Part shown: one piece after another, positions 26,638 through 35,712 of the stretch
Layout of the letters: every line of letters begins with the position of its first letter
Position numbering within the stretch: the first letter of the stretch is position 1
Source of the DNA: a virus
Lineage: Duplodnaviria > Caudoviricetes
Length of the DNA: 37,099 nt
Strand: one strand, 5' to 3'
IMG/VR virus record: IMGVR_UViG_3300048576_000458
Span: 1 to 37,099 of that record
Translations under genes and position numbers: made by a program
Notes under the pieces: model-generated
Databases searched by the model: none
What the model was told of the DNA's origin: nothing
What the model saw: the letters and a program-made list of their open reading frames with translations, nothing else

Positions 26638-26915
26638 GGCGCCTCCTTTTCCGGTCGTCCGGGAGGGAAGAACCGGTCGAACTTTAGTTCGATCAACTTC
26701 TGAAAGGTCTTGGGAACAACGGCCGCCGTGAGGAAGAGGGCTACCAGGACGAGGCCGTTGCTCGGAAAAGGCTCAGGCGCGGCGGGGTGCCTCAACACGA
26801 GAATGAACGCGATCCCTGCGGCCGCGAGAAAAGACAAGAAGCTGATAAGACGCATCTCCGAACGATTGCCTTTGTGGTCTTGGAGGAATTTTACCTTTCC
26901 TTCCACGGGGGTCAT
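26634..26915 (-). CDS. Putative holin (2 TM)
   Basis: 93 aa with two hydrophobic helices and a charged C-tail, in the lysis cassette. Confidence 0.62.
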   Translation of the reverse strand: MTPVEGKVKFLQDHKGNRSEMRLISFLSFLAAAGIAFILVLRHPAAPEPFPSNGLVLVALFLTAAVVPKTFQKLIELKFDRFFPPGRPEKEAP

Positions 26916-27427
26916 TCCTTGCTGTCAGTCCCGGCCGAGGCACCCGGGATCTTCGCCGCCGTGTCTTTCAGTCCCTCTCTGATGGTCTCCGAAACGGCGA
27001 GCCGGGCGTTCTCCAGCTCACGCTCCAGGCGTTCGATCTCCCTGTCCTTTGCGTCCATCAACTCATCGAACTTCGACTTGCCCTTTTCGTAGAGTGTCTT
27101 TAGCTCGGCATATGCCTTATCCCTGGTGAAGCTGCCGACGATATAGCCGAGTACAAGGGCAATGAGGATCGACACGATGAGCGCCCCCCAGGAGAGCCCG
27201 GCCGCCGGGGCATCATCGGGCGCGGCGAGAGCGACGGAGACTAACGTGAAGAAGAACGCAGCCGTGAGGAACGCGGGAGAAAGCATCTCCCGAATCAGGG
27301 GCTTGAACGAGAGACGCTCTGCGAGATACCGGCACAACCGTGCAGCCACGGTGCTCAGGCAGAGACAGAATGCCGTGCCGAAGAGAAAGACCGTTATCAC
27401 CATTGAAACCGCTGATACTTTGAACAC
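26912..27427 (-). CDS. Membrane protein in the lysis cassette (3 hydrophobic segments plus coiled coil)
   Basis: Hydropathy by eye; SD AAAGGGGG; lies between the endolysin and the holin candidate. Confidence 0.6.
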   Translation of the reverse strand: MFKVSAVSMVITVFLFGTAFCLCLSTVAARLCRYLAERLSFKPLIREMLSPAFLTAAFFFTLVSVALAAPDDAPAAGLSWGALIVSILIALVLGYIVGSFTRDKAYAELKTLYEKGKSKFDELMDAKDREIERLERELENARLAVSETIREGLKDTAAKIPGASAGTDSKE

Positions 27428-27470
27428 GTGAACCCCCTTTGCGTTGGAATTCGACGGGCTATGGAGCCCG

Positions 27471-27938
27471 TTATGCTCGGTTAAGGAACCGCTTCTCGAC
27501 GTAGAAAACGTGATCCTTGATGCGGCACTGCTCGATGAGCTTCTCCGCCTTGATCTCTTTGTCGAACCAAGGAGAGCGGCAATCGTACCGTTTGTAGCAG
27601 GTGCTCTTGCCTATGAAAGACGGGAGCTTTCCATCGACGACGGCCTGCGCGATCGCGTAGCACCTTGTGAGGGCTTTGTCCTCGGCAATGACCGTGTCCC
27701 AGTGTCGGGCAATTCTCTCGGCAAGTTCCTCTGCCTTGTCGAAGCACTCAAACTGATTCTTCCCGAGGCAGACCTGCTGATATGACTGGCCCCAAAGGTC
27801 GTGCCGGTTCTTGATGACCAGACAGACGGCCGTTATTCCCTCCGGCCCCTGGTTTCTCGCTTCGAGGTAGGCGGCCATCGCCACAAGCTCTTTGTTGTCC
27901 AACATCGACGATAGAAGCGCTTTCAACTCTTCAGTCAT
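27471..27938 (-). CDS. Endolysin, SleB/Hydrolase_2-type cell wall hydrolase
   Basis: YLEARNQ..EG..AVCLVIKNR...QFEC...IKDHVFY motif set. Confidence 0.85.
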   Translation of the reverse strand: MTEELKALLSSMLDNKELVAMAAYLEARNQGPEGITAVCLVIKNRHDLWGQSYQQVCLGKNQFECFDKAEELAERIARHWDTVIAEDKALTRCYAIAQAVVDGKLPSFIGKSTCYKRYDCRSPWFDKEIKAEKLIEQCRIKDHVFYVEKRFLNRA

Positions 27939-27954
27939 GTCACCCTCAAATCAG

Positions 27955-28127
27955 GGCAGGGGCCGGGACAAGGTGCGCTCGCGTGGTGATCCGGCTCCTG
28001 CCGGTCGTAAAGTTCTTAGTGAGGGAGCGGACGTGATCAGGCGTCCGCTCCACATTTGAAAGGGGGCATCGCATCGCGAGAAGACTGTACCGTGGTGCCG
28101 GTGCAGTCGGGTATGTCAAGCGTTTGA
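27955..28127 (-). promoter_or_regulatory. Putative Mor/C-activated late (lysis) promoter with structured leader
   Basis: Imperfect dyad tcaagcgtttga (28116-28127) 26 nt upstream of a TACAGT -10 (28084-28089); hairpins at 28024-28051 and 27955-28002. Confidence 0.55.
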
Positions 28128-28134
28128 GTTGTGG

Positions 28135-28470
28135 CTATTTGAGGGGTTCGGTTTGAAAGAAAAGAGGGAGAGCAACCGGCTCGGTGTCGGCCGGCTGTTT
28201 TCCGAGGATATTGTAAATCTGTGCCATTGTCAAATTGTGCTTCCGGGCGAGCCGGCGTACAGCTCGCGACTTGTCTGGTGATTCATCATAGTCTTTACGG
28301 ATAGAGGCATCGCGCGCGGTCCTGCGGAGGCCATCGAGCTTCGGGATGGAAATGTACTCTCCCCCGAATTCCTGGGAGATTCGCAACGCCTTTTCAACGC
28401 CCACGATCTCGGCAACTCGGCGAAAGTCTCCATTCAGCCGGGCAAGGATCGCGTCATCGTTATCGGACAT
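28135..28470 (-). CDS. Mor/C-family transcription activator
   Basis: AEIVGVEKAL...FGGEYISIP...RDASIR...LARKHNLTMAQIYNIL; last gene before the lysis cassette. Confidence 0.9.
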   Translation of the reverse strand: MSDNDDAILARLNGDFRRVAEIVGVEKALRISQEFGGEYISIPKLDGLRRTARDASIRKDYDESPDKSRAVRRLARKHNLTMAQIYNILGKQPADTEPVALPLFFQTEPLK

Positions 28471-28939
28471 GCTGCCCCTTCACTTGAGCGGCGGACGAGT
28501 CTTCCTTCACGGGTTTATTCGTCCACTCGATGTTCTCATTGCTTTTGACCAAATGGGCTTTCAACAGCCTGAACGATCCCCAGTAGGGAGCGTAGACTTC
28601 CATAGTTGCGTTGACGTTAACGTCAGGGCGTAGTCCGGTCGCCTTTGCTATCTTCGATCGGCTCATTTTCTTTGACAGCTTGCTGAAAGCGTCCCTGAAC
28701 TTCTTTCTGTGTATGTATATCGTGCTGCGGTGATAAAAGCGCCTTCTTTCCTCACAATCGTTTCGCCAGTATTCGGCTTTGATCCAACCGTTCACGTAAA
28801 CGATGATTGCAAGCTTGAGCTTCCCGACCTGGCTCAGCCGCAGGGTGATCTTGTAGTCGTCTATAGTCAGTTCAACCGTTTTGTAGATCGTGGATAGCTC
28901 TTTCTCAATCTCCTTCCATTCCTCGGGTGTGGGTTTCAT
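28460..28939 (-). CDS. Hypothetical phage protein
   Basis: ATG 28939 after AAGGAGG, overlapping the upstream TGA; coupled to the Mor-like gene. Confidence 0.75.
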   Translation of the reverse strand: MKPTPEEWKEIEKELSTIYKTVELTIDDYKITLRLSQVGKLKLAIIVYVNGWIKAEYWRNDCEERRRFYHRSTIYIHRKKFRDAFSKLSKKMSRSKIAKATGLRPDVNVNATMEVYAPYWGSFRLLKAHLVKSNENIEWTNKPVKEDSSAAQVKGQHVR

Positions 28940-29478
28940 CTTGCCTCCTTTACGGCGCTCGCAATACCGCAAGTCGCTGTCACTCCTTCGTTCGGTCCGC
29001 ATAGTTCGCACCCGTGCTGCCCCATGCAGATCCCGCGCAGCCCGGCGATCACTTTGCCGGCCGTCCGGGAGTCGGTGACCGCAAGCGTGTGGTGAAACTT
29101 GCCGAGCCATCTCAGATACCCGCCGGGCGTCTGCCAGATTACGTTCTCGCGGAGCTGGGCGATGTCGGCGAGCTGGGTCGGCGTCACCGGGTAGCGGATC
29201 TCCTCAGCCGGGCGCTCTTCGGCGCTCTGTGGCCGAGGTCTGCACGGGTGGCAGGAGTCGGCCGCCCGGGAGGATCTCAGCGCCCTGGTCGGCCGAATCT
29301 TGAAGCCGAGGCCTTTCAGATGATCGAGGAACTCCGACGCCTGATAGACATTGAGCTGAGTGCTCGACGTTACCCCATACTTGACCCTCAGCATGTCGCG
29401 ATAGACATCTTCCGAGAGCCGAAGATCGGCCTTTGCGACGTGAATGAGCTTGATGAAGCCGGCTTTATCAAGTGGCAT
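28936..29478 (-). CDS. gemA: GemA/DUF1018-like protein
   Basis: LIHVAKADLRLSEDVYRDML...GVTSSTQL...LKGLGFK. Confidence 0.8.
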   Translation of the reverse strand: MPLDKAGFIKLIHVAKADLRLSEDVYRDMLRVKYGVTSSTQLNVYQASEFLDHLKGLGFKIRPTRALRSSRAADSCHPCRPRPQSAEERPAEEIRYPVTPTQLADIAQLRENVIWQTPGGYLRWLGKFHHTLAVTDSRTAGKVIAGLRGICMGQHGCELCGPNEGVTATCGIASAVKEAR

Positions 29479-29570
29479 TGATCAATCATTTCCTCCTGGC
29501 CTCGTCGGTGCCGGCATAACCGGTCATACCCGTGCAGGCGGCCGAAGCCGTCCCGCCGGGTTTCGGCCTT

Positions 29571-29819
29571 CTATTTCGCTGGAGGAGCGCCGCCCCGTGC
29601 GCCCCAGAACGTCATGTAGTCCCTTCTTCCGGCGAACTCGTGTATGGACACGACGACAAGTTCCTCAACTGGCAGACTGTGGCCTTTTGCCGCCTCTTGC
29701 CGTATCTCCTCGTTCGACGGGAATCCCCTCGCGACGAAGCCCATGTTGATGAAGCCGGTATGCGCCGCGCTGTTGAACGAAAAGGACACAAAAAAGTATC
29801 TGCGTCGTCCCCGCTTCAT
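29571..29819 (-). CDS. Hypothetical phage protein
   Basis: ATGA overlap with the gam-like gene; fits the operon packing. Confidence 0.6.
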   Translation of the reverse strand: MKRGRRRYFFVSFSFNSAAHTGFINMGFVARGFPSNEEIRQEAAKGHSLPVEELVVVSIHEFAGRRDYMTFWGARGGAPPAK

Positions 29820-30337
29820 GCCGCGCCTTCCTCGCGTTCTTTTTCCTCGCCCTTGAAAAGGGCATCGACGAGCTTGTCGATGTCGGAGTCCGTCGTCCTG
29901 ACGAAGGGTTTGTCCTCGTCGTCGGTAACGCGGACGCCGATCTTCTTGAGGTCGGCGGCGGTGAGGGCCTGCAGGGCCTCCTTGGACGGAACCTCTCTGG
30001 TGATGATGAGAAGGCTTTCCTGATCGGGGAAGTGCTTGCGGATAAGGCGAATGACCTGGGCGTCATCGTCCCAGCCAATCTTTCCCTTCTGTTTGCGGTA
30101 ACCGACCTCCACGCCGTGGAATGCCTGCTTCTTCGGCCGCTTGAAGAGTGCCTTGTTTTGCCGGACGAGGTCGAGGAGTAGCTCGTATTTCTCCTTCGCT
30201 GCCACGAGTGCGGTCCTGATCGCCGGAAGATGCTTCTTCTTGAGCTTGTTTTCCTCGGCCTCAAGACTGAGAACGCGCCTGTTGAGGATAGCCCGGGCGT
30301 CTGCGTAGATGCGCGCTGCATATTCTATGCGTTCCAT
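29816..30337 (-). CDS. gam: Mu Gam-like host-nuclease inhibitor family protein
   Basis: N-terminal coiled coil, LFKRPKKQAFHGVEVGYRK, LIITREVPSKEAL and LKKIGVRV motifs; SD AGGAGGT. Confidence 0.75.
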   Translation of the reverse strand: MERIEYAARIYADARAILNRRVLSLEAEENKLKKKHLPAIRTALVAAKEKYELLLDLVRQNKALFKRPKKQAFHGVEVGYRKQKGKIGWDDDAQVIRLIRKHFPDQESLLIITREVPSKEALQALTAADLKKIGVRVTDDEDKPFVRTTDSDIDKLVDALFKGEEKEREEGAA

Positions 30338-30340
30338 GGC

Positions 30341-30619
30341 CTACCTCCTCCGTCCTGCGGCGCGCCCTTCGAACACTGGGACGGCCAAACGCTGGGCTTC
30401 CACCCCTTGGGAGACAGCCAGCTTGACGACGGCGGGCACCCTGTGCTTTGTGTCCTCGGCCGCGTGGAGCCTGTCCGCCAGATCTTGGCTCGTGATCCAC
30501 CCGGAGATCGGTGCGAACGAGCGCGACGTGCAGCTCGGGCAACTCGCCCCCGGCTTCCCGTCGATGGTGAAGATCTCGTCACAGTCCATGCACAGATACG
30601 AATCCTTCAGTTTTGGCAT
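30341..30619 (-). CDS. Small zinc-ribbon protein
   Basis: CMDCDEIF...CPSC; SD GGGGG. Confidence 0.7.
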   Translation of the reverse strand: MPKLKDSYLCMDCDEIFTIDGKPGASCPSCTSRSFAPISGWITSQDLADRLHAAEDTKHRVPAVVKLAVSQGVEAQRLAVPVFEGRAAGRRR

Positions 30620-31089
30620 GTGCTACCCCCTTGTTCTTTTTCTTCCCTCCAGGTCAGTACCTTCTGCATGCCGACAATGACGGCTCGTCCGATCGATACC
30701 GTCATCCAGGCGACGTTGTCGATACCGCCGTGCTGCTTGATGTAGCTGTCCCGGTGCTCGTCGGTCCAGCCGAGTTGGCCCTGGAGCCACCGTATACGCG
30801 ACCACTGGTCGTCGCTGGCCCGGCCGTGCTTAGGGTCCTTGCCTTCGAGCGCCGCCCGACGACGGGGCCGGGCGAATTCCTTGACGGCAAGGAAGAGGTC
30901 GATCCACTCGGGCCTCGTAAGGTCCAACATGTGGTCCTTTCCGAAATGCTCCTTGATCATCTCGTCGACGTTGGTCCTGTCGATATGGAGGAGGCGACAT
31001 ACGGCCCAGAAGCTCTTAAGCTCGGTCCCCTCCCATGGGCCTGCCAATCCGCCTGGGACGCGATGCGCCTGTTCGGGCTTGCGCTTCAT
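30607..31089 (-). CDS. Second, divergent GemA/DUF1018-like protein
   Basis: FGKDHMLDLT...ASDDQWSRIRWL..QLGW...GIDNVAWMT...VIVGMQK follows the GemA layout; ATGA overlap at 31086-31089. Confidence 0.6.
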   Translation of the reverse strand: MKRKPEQAHRVPGGLAGPWEGTELKSFWAVCRLLHIDRTNVDEMIKEHFGKDHMLDLTRPEWIDLFLAVKEFARPRRRAALEGKDPKHGRASDDQWSRIRWLQGQLGWTDEHRDSYIKQHGGIDNVAWMTVSIGRAVIVGMQKVLTWREEKEQGGSTCQN

Positions 31090-31403
31090 CCGGCACCGCC
31101 CTGGCACGTCTTGCACGTCTTCGCGAGGCGGACCCGCAGGGGATTGACCGCTGCAAAGGGCCTGTTCTTCTCCTCAATGCAGCGGGCATAAGAGATGTCG
31201 CCGAGGACGGGGCAGCTCACGGTCGTCTGGTCGAAAGTATTGCGGACCGCCTCCAGAACTCGCTCCACTTTGCCCTTGTACGTGCCGCGTTGCACGTGAC
31301 AGAGCGCGGATTTCGAGTAGCAGGTCCGTTCGGCGACCGCCTGGAGCCCCAGCTTTTCGACCATCTCGTTCAGAAGGTTCAACGACGTTTCAACGGTCAT
31401 CAT
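31086..31403 (-). CDS. Small HTH protein with Cys-rich C-terminus
   Basis: QAVAERTCYSKSAL...GTYKG and CPVLGDI...C...CKTC; typical position after the transposition genes. Confidence 0.75.
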   Translation of the reverse strand: MMTVETSLNLLNEMVEKLGLQAVAERTCYSKSALCHVQRGTYKGKVERVLEAVRNTFDQTTVSCPVLGDISYARCIEEKNRPFAAVNPLRVRLAKTCKTCQGGAG

Positions 31404-31968
31404 CCCCCTCCTCGGCCTTCGGCCGCCACACGACCTTCTTTAGATTCGGGTCGAAGACCTGTTTGATCCGCTGAATCATGGGAGGCCTGGGACCGGTCCA
31501 GCGGACGAGCTTAAAAGACGCCAGGGCAACGCCGTGCGCATCGAGGCGCTTGAGATATCCTGCGCGCTCCAGATAGGCGACGTAAGTCCTGGCTTCCCAG
31601 GTTGCGACTGCGGGTCCCCCCTTTTCACAGCACGCGACGAGGTCCACAATGGTGAAGGACGGGAGTATCTTCATGGCCCGCCACATCCTGGCGCGTCCGC
31701 TGCCCCTGGTGGGCACGGTTCCGTCCTTCCTGACGTAGGGGGCTTCGACTGCGTCTTTGATGAGCCGGTAGCGGTTGGCTCCGAATAGCTTCGTCTGCAC
31801 CTTGCCCTCGCGTTCGAGGTACCCGGCCGCGACGAGGCCGTTTAAGAAAGCATAGACAGGGCTATTGTCGAGGTCGGTGCCGAGGTCGGAGACCGCAAAC
31901 GACTTGAACTTCCGGATGGTCTTCCAGATCTGCTCCCGGCGGAACGGTTTCCGTTTCTTCGCTCTCAT
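31390..31968 (-). CDS. Tandem winged-helix DNA-binding protein
   Basis: Two similar halves (IWKTIRKFKSF...LVAAGYLE...YRLI and MWRAMKILPSF...LERAGYL...FKLV); ATGA overlap with the ATPase gene. Confidence 0.75.
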   Translation of the reverse strand: MRAKKRKPFRREQIWKTIRKFKSFAVSDLGTDLDNSPVYAFLNGLVAAGYLEREGKVQTKLFGANRYRLIKDAVEAPYVRKDGTVPTRGSGRARMWRAMKILPSFTIVDLVACCEKGGPAVATWEARTYVAYLERAGYLKRLDAHGVALASFKLVRWTGPRPPMIQRIKQVFDPNLKKVVWRPKAEEGDDDR

Positions 31969-32711
31969 CCCCGCACCTTGACGTCGCCGGTGAACCACCC
32001 TTTGCCCCAGTCGGTCCAGGCGGCGAGGTCCACTTCCTTGAGGCCGTGGCTCATCGTTTCTCTCTCGATCCGTGCGAGATTGACGCAGAGCCTGCGGACG
32101 CTCCCCTTCGACACGCGATCGCTCGCGAGTTCTCCGAGGAGGTCGCCGGCGATCCTGATCTTAGGGCAGTAAAACTTAGCGAGGAGGGCTGCGTCGGAGG
32201 CGTCGGCCGGTGCGGCCGCGACAAAGTCGAGGACCCGGGAGTGAAAGCGTTCCCACTGTTTCAAGTTGTTCGGGAAATGCTCTTCACCGATGAGGAGGAT
32301 CGGGGCGTAGGACCCTTCGTAGATGTCCCTCACGATCTCGACCGACTTGTTCCTCACGAGGTGATCCATCTCGTCGATGATGAGGGGCTTTCCCGAGAGC
32401 GCGAGGTGCTCGGAGACCAGATCACAAAGATCGTAAATCGTCGTGGAGGAGGCAGGGGCGACTCCCATGTCCTTCGCAATGGCACGAAGAAACGCTTTCT
32501 TTGTCATCGTGCTGCTGCACTGGACGTAGTGCGCGTCGTGCTCGTTCGCGGAATACGCCGCGCCCATGCTTTTGCCCCATCCTGCCGGGCCGTAGAAGAC
32601 GACCATACCGGGCAAGTGCTGTGCCCTGTTCATGGCTTCTCCCAGCGCCTTCGAACAAAGGGCCACGTTCTTGAGCGGTGCGATGCTTGGAGCGATTATC
32701 TTCTCTGTCAT
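31965..32711 (-). CDS. MuB-like AAA+ transposition ATPase
   Basis: GPAGWGKS Walker A, LIIDEMD Walker B, ILLIGEE and RFHSRV; directly after the transposase. Confidence 0.93.
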   Translation of the reverse strand: MTEKIIAPSIAPLKNVALCSKALGEAMNRAQHLPGMVVFYGPAGWGKSMGAAYSANEHDAHYVQCSSTMTKKAFLRAIAKDMGVAPASSTTIYDLCDLVSEHLALSGKPLIIDEMDHLVRNKSVEIVRDIYEGSYAPILLIGEEHFPNNLKQWERFHSRVLDFVAAAPADASDAALLAKFYCPKIRIAGDLLGELASDRVSKGSVRRLCVNLARIERETMSHGLKEVDLAAWTDWGKGWFTGDVKVRG

Positions 32712-32723
32712 TCCTTAACCCCC

Positions 32724-34916
32724 TTACAGGTTGAGATAGATGCTGCCGTGCTTTTCGTGCAGGCCCTTACAGGCCTTGTAGTCTTCCGACGTGGGGTAAT
32801 ACTCGAACCAGTTCCGCTCCTGCTCGGTGAGCGGCTCAGCGAGCCCCTGCGGGGCGAGTACCACGCGCTCATTGAGTTGGAGATAGTAGATGTAACGGTC
32901 GCGGCCTTCAGGCGGAAGGTGAAAGGGCCTAAAGGGGACCGCGTTACCTTCCATGGTCTCCGGTGTCGTTTTTTCGGAGGCCTCCGCCTCCTCGAACCGG
33001 GCAACGAGTTCGGCCCTCAGCTCATCGGCCTCGCGTTTCTGGTCGGCCGCGACGATGCGGGCGTTTTCCTTCTGCCGCTCGTAGATGAGCTTTGCCTTCT
33101 CGGCCCGGCGGGCCGTGTAGGTTTGTGGCGTGACCTTCGTGACGGAAGGTGTTTCGACGAGGCCGAAATTGTTCTTGAGGCGTTTTGCCTGCTCCCTGAC
33201 CCACTTCATCAGCTCCTTCTGGCGCTCGATCTTCCGGGCGAGGCCCTCCGCGTCCCTGGGATCATGAACGTTCCACGCCTCGGCGATGTCGAGGTAGTTG
33301 CCCGATAGATCGGTGAGGACCGCAGGGGCCTCGCGGTCATACGGGTCGACGGAGACCTGGACGCGGTCCTTCATGCCGGCCAGAGCGGGGGCGAAGTACC
33401 TGCGGGTGTCACCAGGGCGAACCTGGAGGGTGACGACGCTTTGGTGGGGCGTCCGCTCGTAACAGGGTAGGCAGATGTAATCGAGGGTGCGATCGTCGAT
33501 CGTTTGGGGAGGCCGCGCCTGAAGGCCGGAGAAGAAGAAGTCCTGGGGGACGATCTTTCCGCCTTCTTTCAACTTCTTCTCCGCCTGGTTGTGCTCAGCA
33601 ATCGCGGAGAAGACCGTCTGGATGAAGTCTTCGATCGTCATGAGCCGATCGCCTTTGATCATGCCTTTTAGCTCCGCCTGGGTGACCTTGTTCTCCCATG
33701 CGTCCTTCATGCGCTTCCGGTACCCGGGAAGGTGCTTGTCACGGAGGCGGACCTCGATGAGGTTCATCACGTTTTCAATGGGCTTCTTCCAGGGCTTGCC
33801 CGGTTGGGCCTTCCGGTGGTCGACTTCGTCATCGATGTCGGGAACGTCGCCGAATTTGTCCTGCATGGTAGAGAAGTCACCCGGGCGGGACAGGGCGGAC
33901 AGCCCTTTGAGGATGCGGGCGGTGTGTTTGCTCAATTCAGGCTTGCCCCAGTCGGTGAAAATCTCGTCGGGGATACCGTACCGGAGTGCTTCCCGGAGCG
34001 CGTTGCCGACCGTGAGCCCGTTGTAGTGGCCCAGCTCGATCCAGGCGCCGTTGATGTCACGGCTTGCGCAATCCATCCAGAGGTACCCGTTGGGGATGAT
34101 CAGCTCGTCGGTCTCGGTGTCCTTGACCACGTAGTCGAATATCTTCTGGTCTCCGCAGAGGACCGATTGAACGGGGACGGCGGTCCACTGCCTGATCACC
34201 TTGGGGGCGAGGGCCAGCTCCGCGCCGATGTTTCCTTTACGAATGTGGATGAGGATTGAGGGGGGAAGTTTCTTTGCGGCCCGGGTAAAATTGGAGTAGT
34301 CGCCGATCTTCCATCCCCTCGCCGATGCTTCAATGGTCATGTCCCGATAGGCGGCGCGAAGGCCGGCTTTGAGGTCTCGGGCGTAGCAGCCCAGGCCATA
34401 GGCGAGGGCCTCGGGGGCGAACTTCCGGGACGCGGGGATCTCCACGCGCTCGGTGCCGACCTGGATGCGCGGCCGGGAAGAGGGCCGGGCAGTCATTACC
34501 TCGCCGTGCCAGCGCCGGATAGTGACTGATGCGACTCCGTGGATCGAGGCCAGCTCGGCGATCAACCGCTCCCTGCCTGAGTAGGCGGGACAGGTCTCGA
34601 TGGCGCGAGCCACCGAGACCTTGATGAGGTAGGACGGATCGGCGAGCTGTGACGGGGAAAGGTTTATGCGTCTGGATGCGCCCCAGACCTTGATTTCGTC
34701 CTGGTCGAAGACTGACGAAGGACCGACCGAAACGGTAAGGAGAGCGTTGCGGGCCTGGGCGGGAAGGGAGGAAAGATGGTACTCCCGACCACCTCCACGG
34801 CCTGATCGGGGGCGTGACCGCCAGGTCTCTTTTTCGGCCCTAATTTGTATGCCTCGCTCCGTTCCTGGCATCCCGGGGAGACCGGCCAATTCTTTCGCTG
34901 TATGCCACTCCTTCAT
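32724..34916 (-). CDS. MuA-like DDE transposase
   Basis: N-terminal Mu DNA-binding domain (WHTAKELAGLPGMP...GRGGGREYH.SSLP); catalytic-type residues in CGDQK, FTDWGK and KPIEN. Confidence 0.93.
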   Translation of the reverse strand: MKEWHTAKELAGLPGMPGTERGIQIRAEKETWRSRPRSGRGGGREYHLSSLPAQARNALLTVSVGPSSVFDQDEIKVWGASRRINLSPSQLADPSYLIKVSVARAIETCPAYSGRERLIAELASIHGVASVTIRRWHGEVMTARPSSRPRIQVGTERVEIPASRKFAPEALAYGLGCYARDLKAGLRAAYRDMTIEASARGWKIGDYSNFTRAAKKLPPSILIHIRKGNIGAELALAPKVIRQWTAVPVQSVLCGDQKIFDYVVKDTETDELIIPNGYLWMDCASRDINGAWIELGHYNGLTVGNALREALRYGIPDEIFTDWGKPELSKHTARILKGLSALSRPGDFSTMQDKFGDVPDIDDEVDHRKAQPGKPWKKPIENVMNLIEVRLRDKHLPGYRKRMKDAWENKVTQAELKGMIKGDRLMTIEDFIQTVFSAIAEHNQAEKKLKEGGKIVPQDFFFSGLQARPPQTIDDRTLDYICLPCYERTPHQSVVTLQVRPGDTRRYFAPALAGMKDRVQVSVDPYDREAPAVLTDLSGNYLDIAEAWNVHDPRDAEGLARKIERQKELMKWVREQAKRLKNNFGLVETPSVTKVTPQTYTARRAEKAKLIYERQKENARIVAADQKREADELRAELVARFEEAEASEKTTPETMEGNAVPFRPFHLPPEGRDRYIYYLQLNERVVLAPQGLAEPLTEQERNWFEYYPTSEDYKACKGLHEKHGSIYLNL

Positions 34917-35416
34917 CAGTTCCTCCGGCGTTCAAACTCGTGCAGAAGCGCCTTGATCTCCCTCTTTTCGGCCCTCGCCTTTTCAATTACTTCGTCCCGC
35001 CTCGTTAGTTCAGCCCGAAGCGCTTCAGGACCGGGAAGGAGAAAAAGGCCAGTGTGGCGAGAGATGACGTCGGCTGTCTGATGTTGATTTCCCGTAGCTT
35101 TGAAGAGGGCTACGTACGCGCTGAGTGAGATCTCATGCGGGTGGCTCGTTGCCGTCCAGTTGTTCAGGTCCGACAGGGTGACTTCTCGGCCGAGTTCGTC
35201 AGTCATCCTCGCCGCCACCTGTGCCCGTGAGATATCTCTTCCGTTTTCATCCACGGCGTGGCGCAGGTCTTCGGCGAGAGCGCACTTAAGTTCCGTTCGT
35301 ATATCGAGGGAACCCTTGGGAACATCGTTCCCTTGGTTTCGAGTGGCTTCCTGAACAAGCTCAAACAGGGTGGGGCCGGGTTGGAAGTGTGACGATATTT
35401 TCTTCTTTTTCGTCAT
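34916..35416 (-). CDS. Phage regulatory protein (HTH-like)
   Basis: SRAQVAARMT..LG..VT...LNNWTA pattern; coupled between the ner-like gene and the transposase. Confidence 0.72.
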   Translation of the reverse strand: MTKKKKISSHFQPGPTLFELVQEATRNQGNDVPKGSLDIRTELKCALAEDLRHAVDENGRDISRAQVAARMTDELGREVTLSDLNNWTATSHPHEISLSAYVALFKATGNQHQTADVISRHTGLFLLPGPEALRAELTRRDEVIEKARAEKREIKALLHEFERRRN

Positions 35417-35712
35417 TTACAAGCCGATCCGTTGTTTGTTAGAGTAGTACTATGCTGACTCTGAATAGGCTCTTTCGCTTCATTTTGGAGTTCAACCGTG
35501 CCCCATATCTGCTCGTACGTGCGGTTCGTGTGCTGCGCGATGTATTCCTGTATGGGACGGGACTTTTTCTTGGGAAAATGGTTGATGATGGTACAGACCG
35601 TTCGGATGTTCCTGCCGGTGCCCCTGGCGATGCTTGCTGGGGTGAGGCCGTGCAAAGCGAGGAGGGCCTTTCGTTGACGCCTCGACATCGGGTGTCGCCG
35701 CTTTTCTGGCAT
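35413..35712 (-). CDS. Ner/Cro-like HTH regulator
   Basis: First early gene, divergent from the repressor; ALLALHGLT.ASIAR...S.PIQEYIA...EQIW. Confidence 0.78.
   Translation of the reverse strand: MPEKRRHPMSRRQRKALLALHGLTPASIARGTGRNIRTVCTIINHFPKKKSRPIQEYIAQHTNRTYEQIWGTVELQNEAKEPIQSQHSTTLTNNGSACK

Noticed and set aside
29486-29568. 13-codon mini-ORF (29486-29527, minus strand) and imperfect hairpin (29539-29568) upstream of gemA
   Set aside because: There is no clear SD for the mini-ORF and the hairpin has a mismatch on the coding strand, so evidence for a leader peptide or terminator is insufficient.
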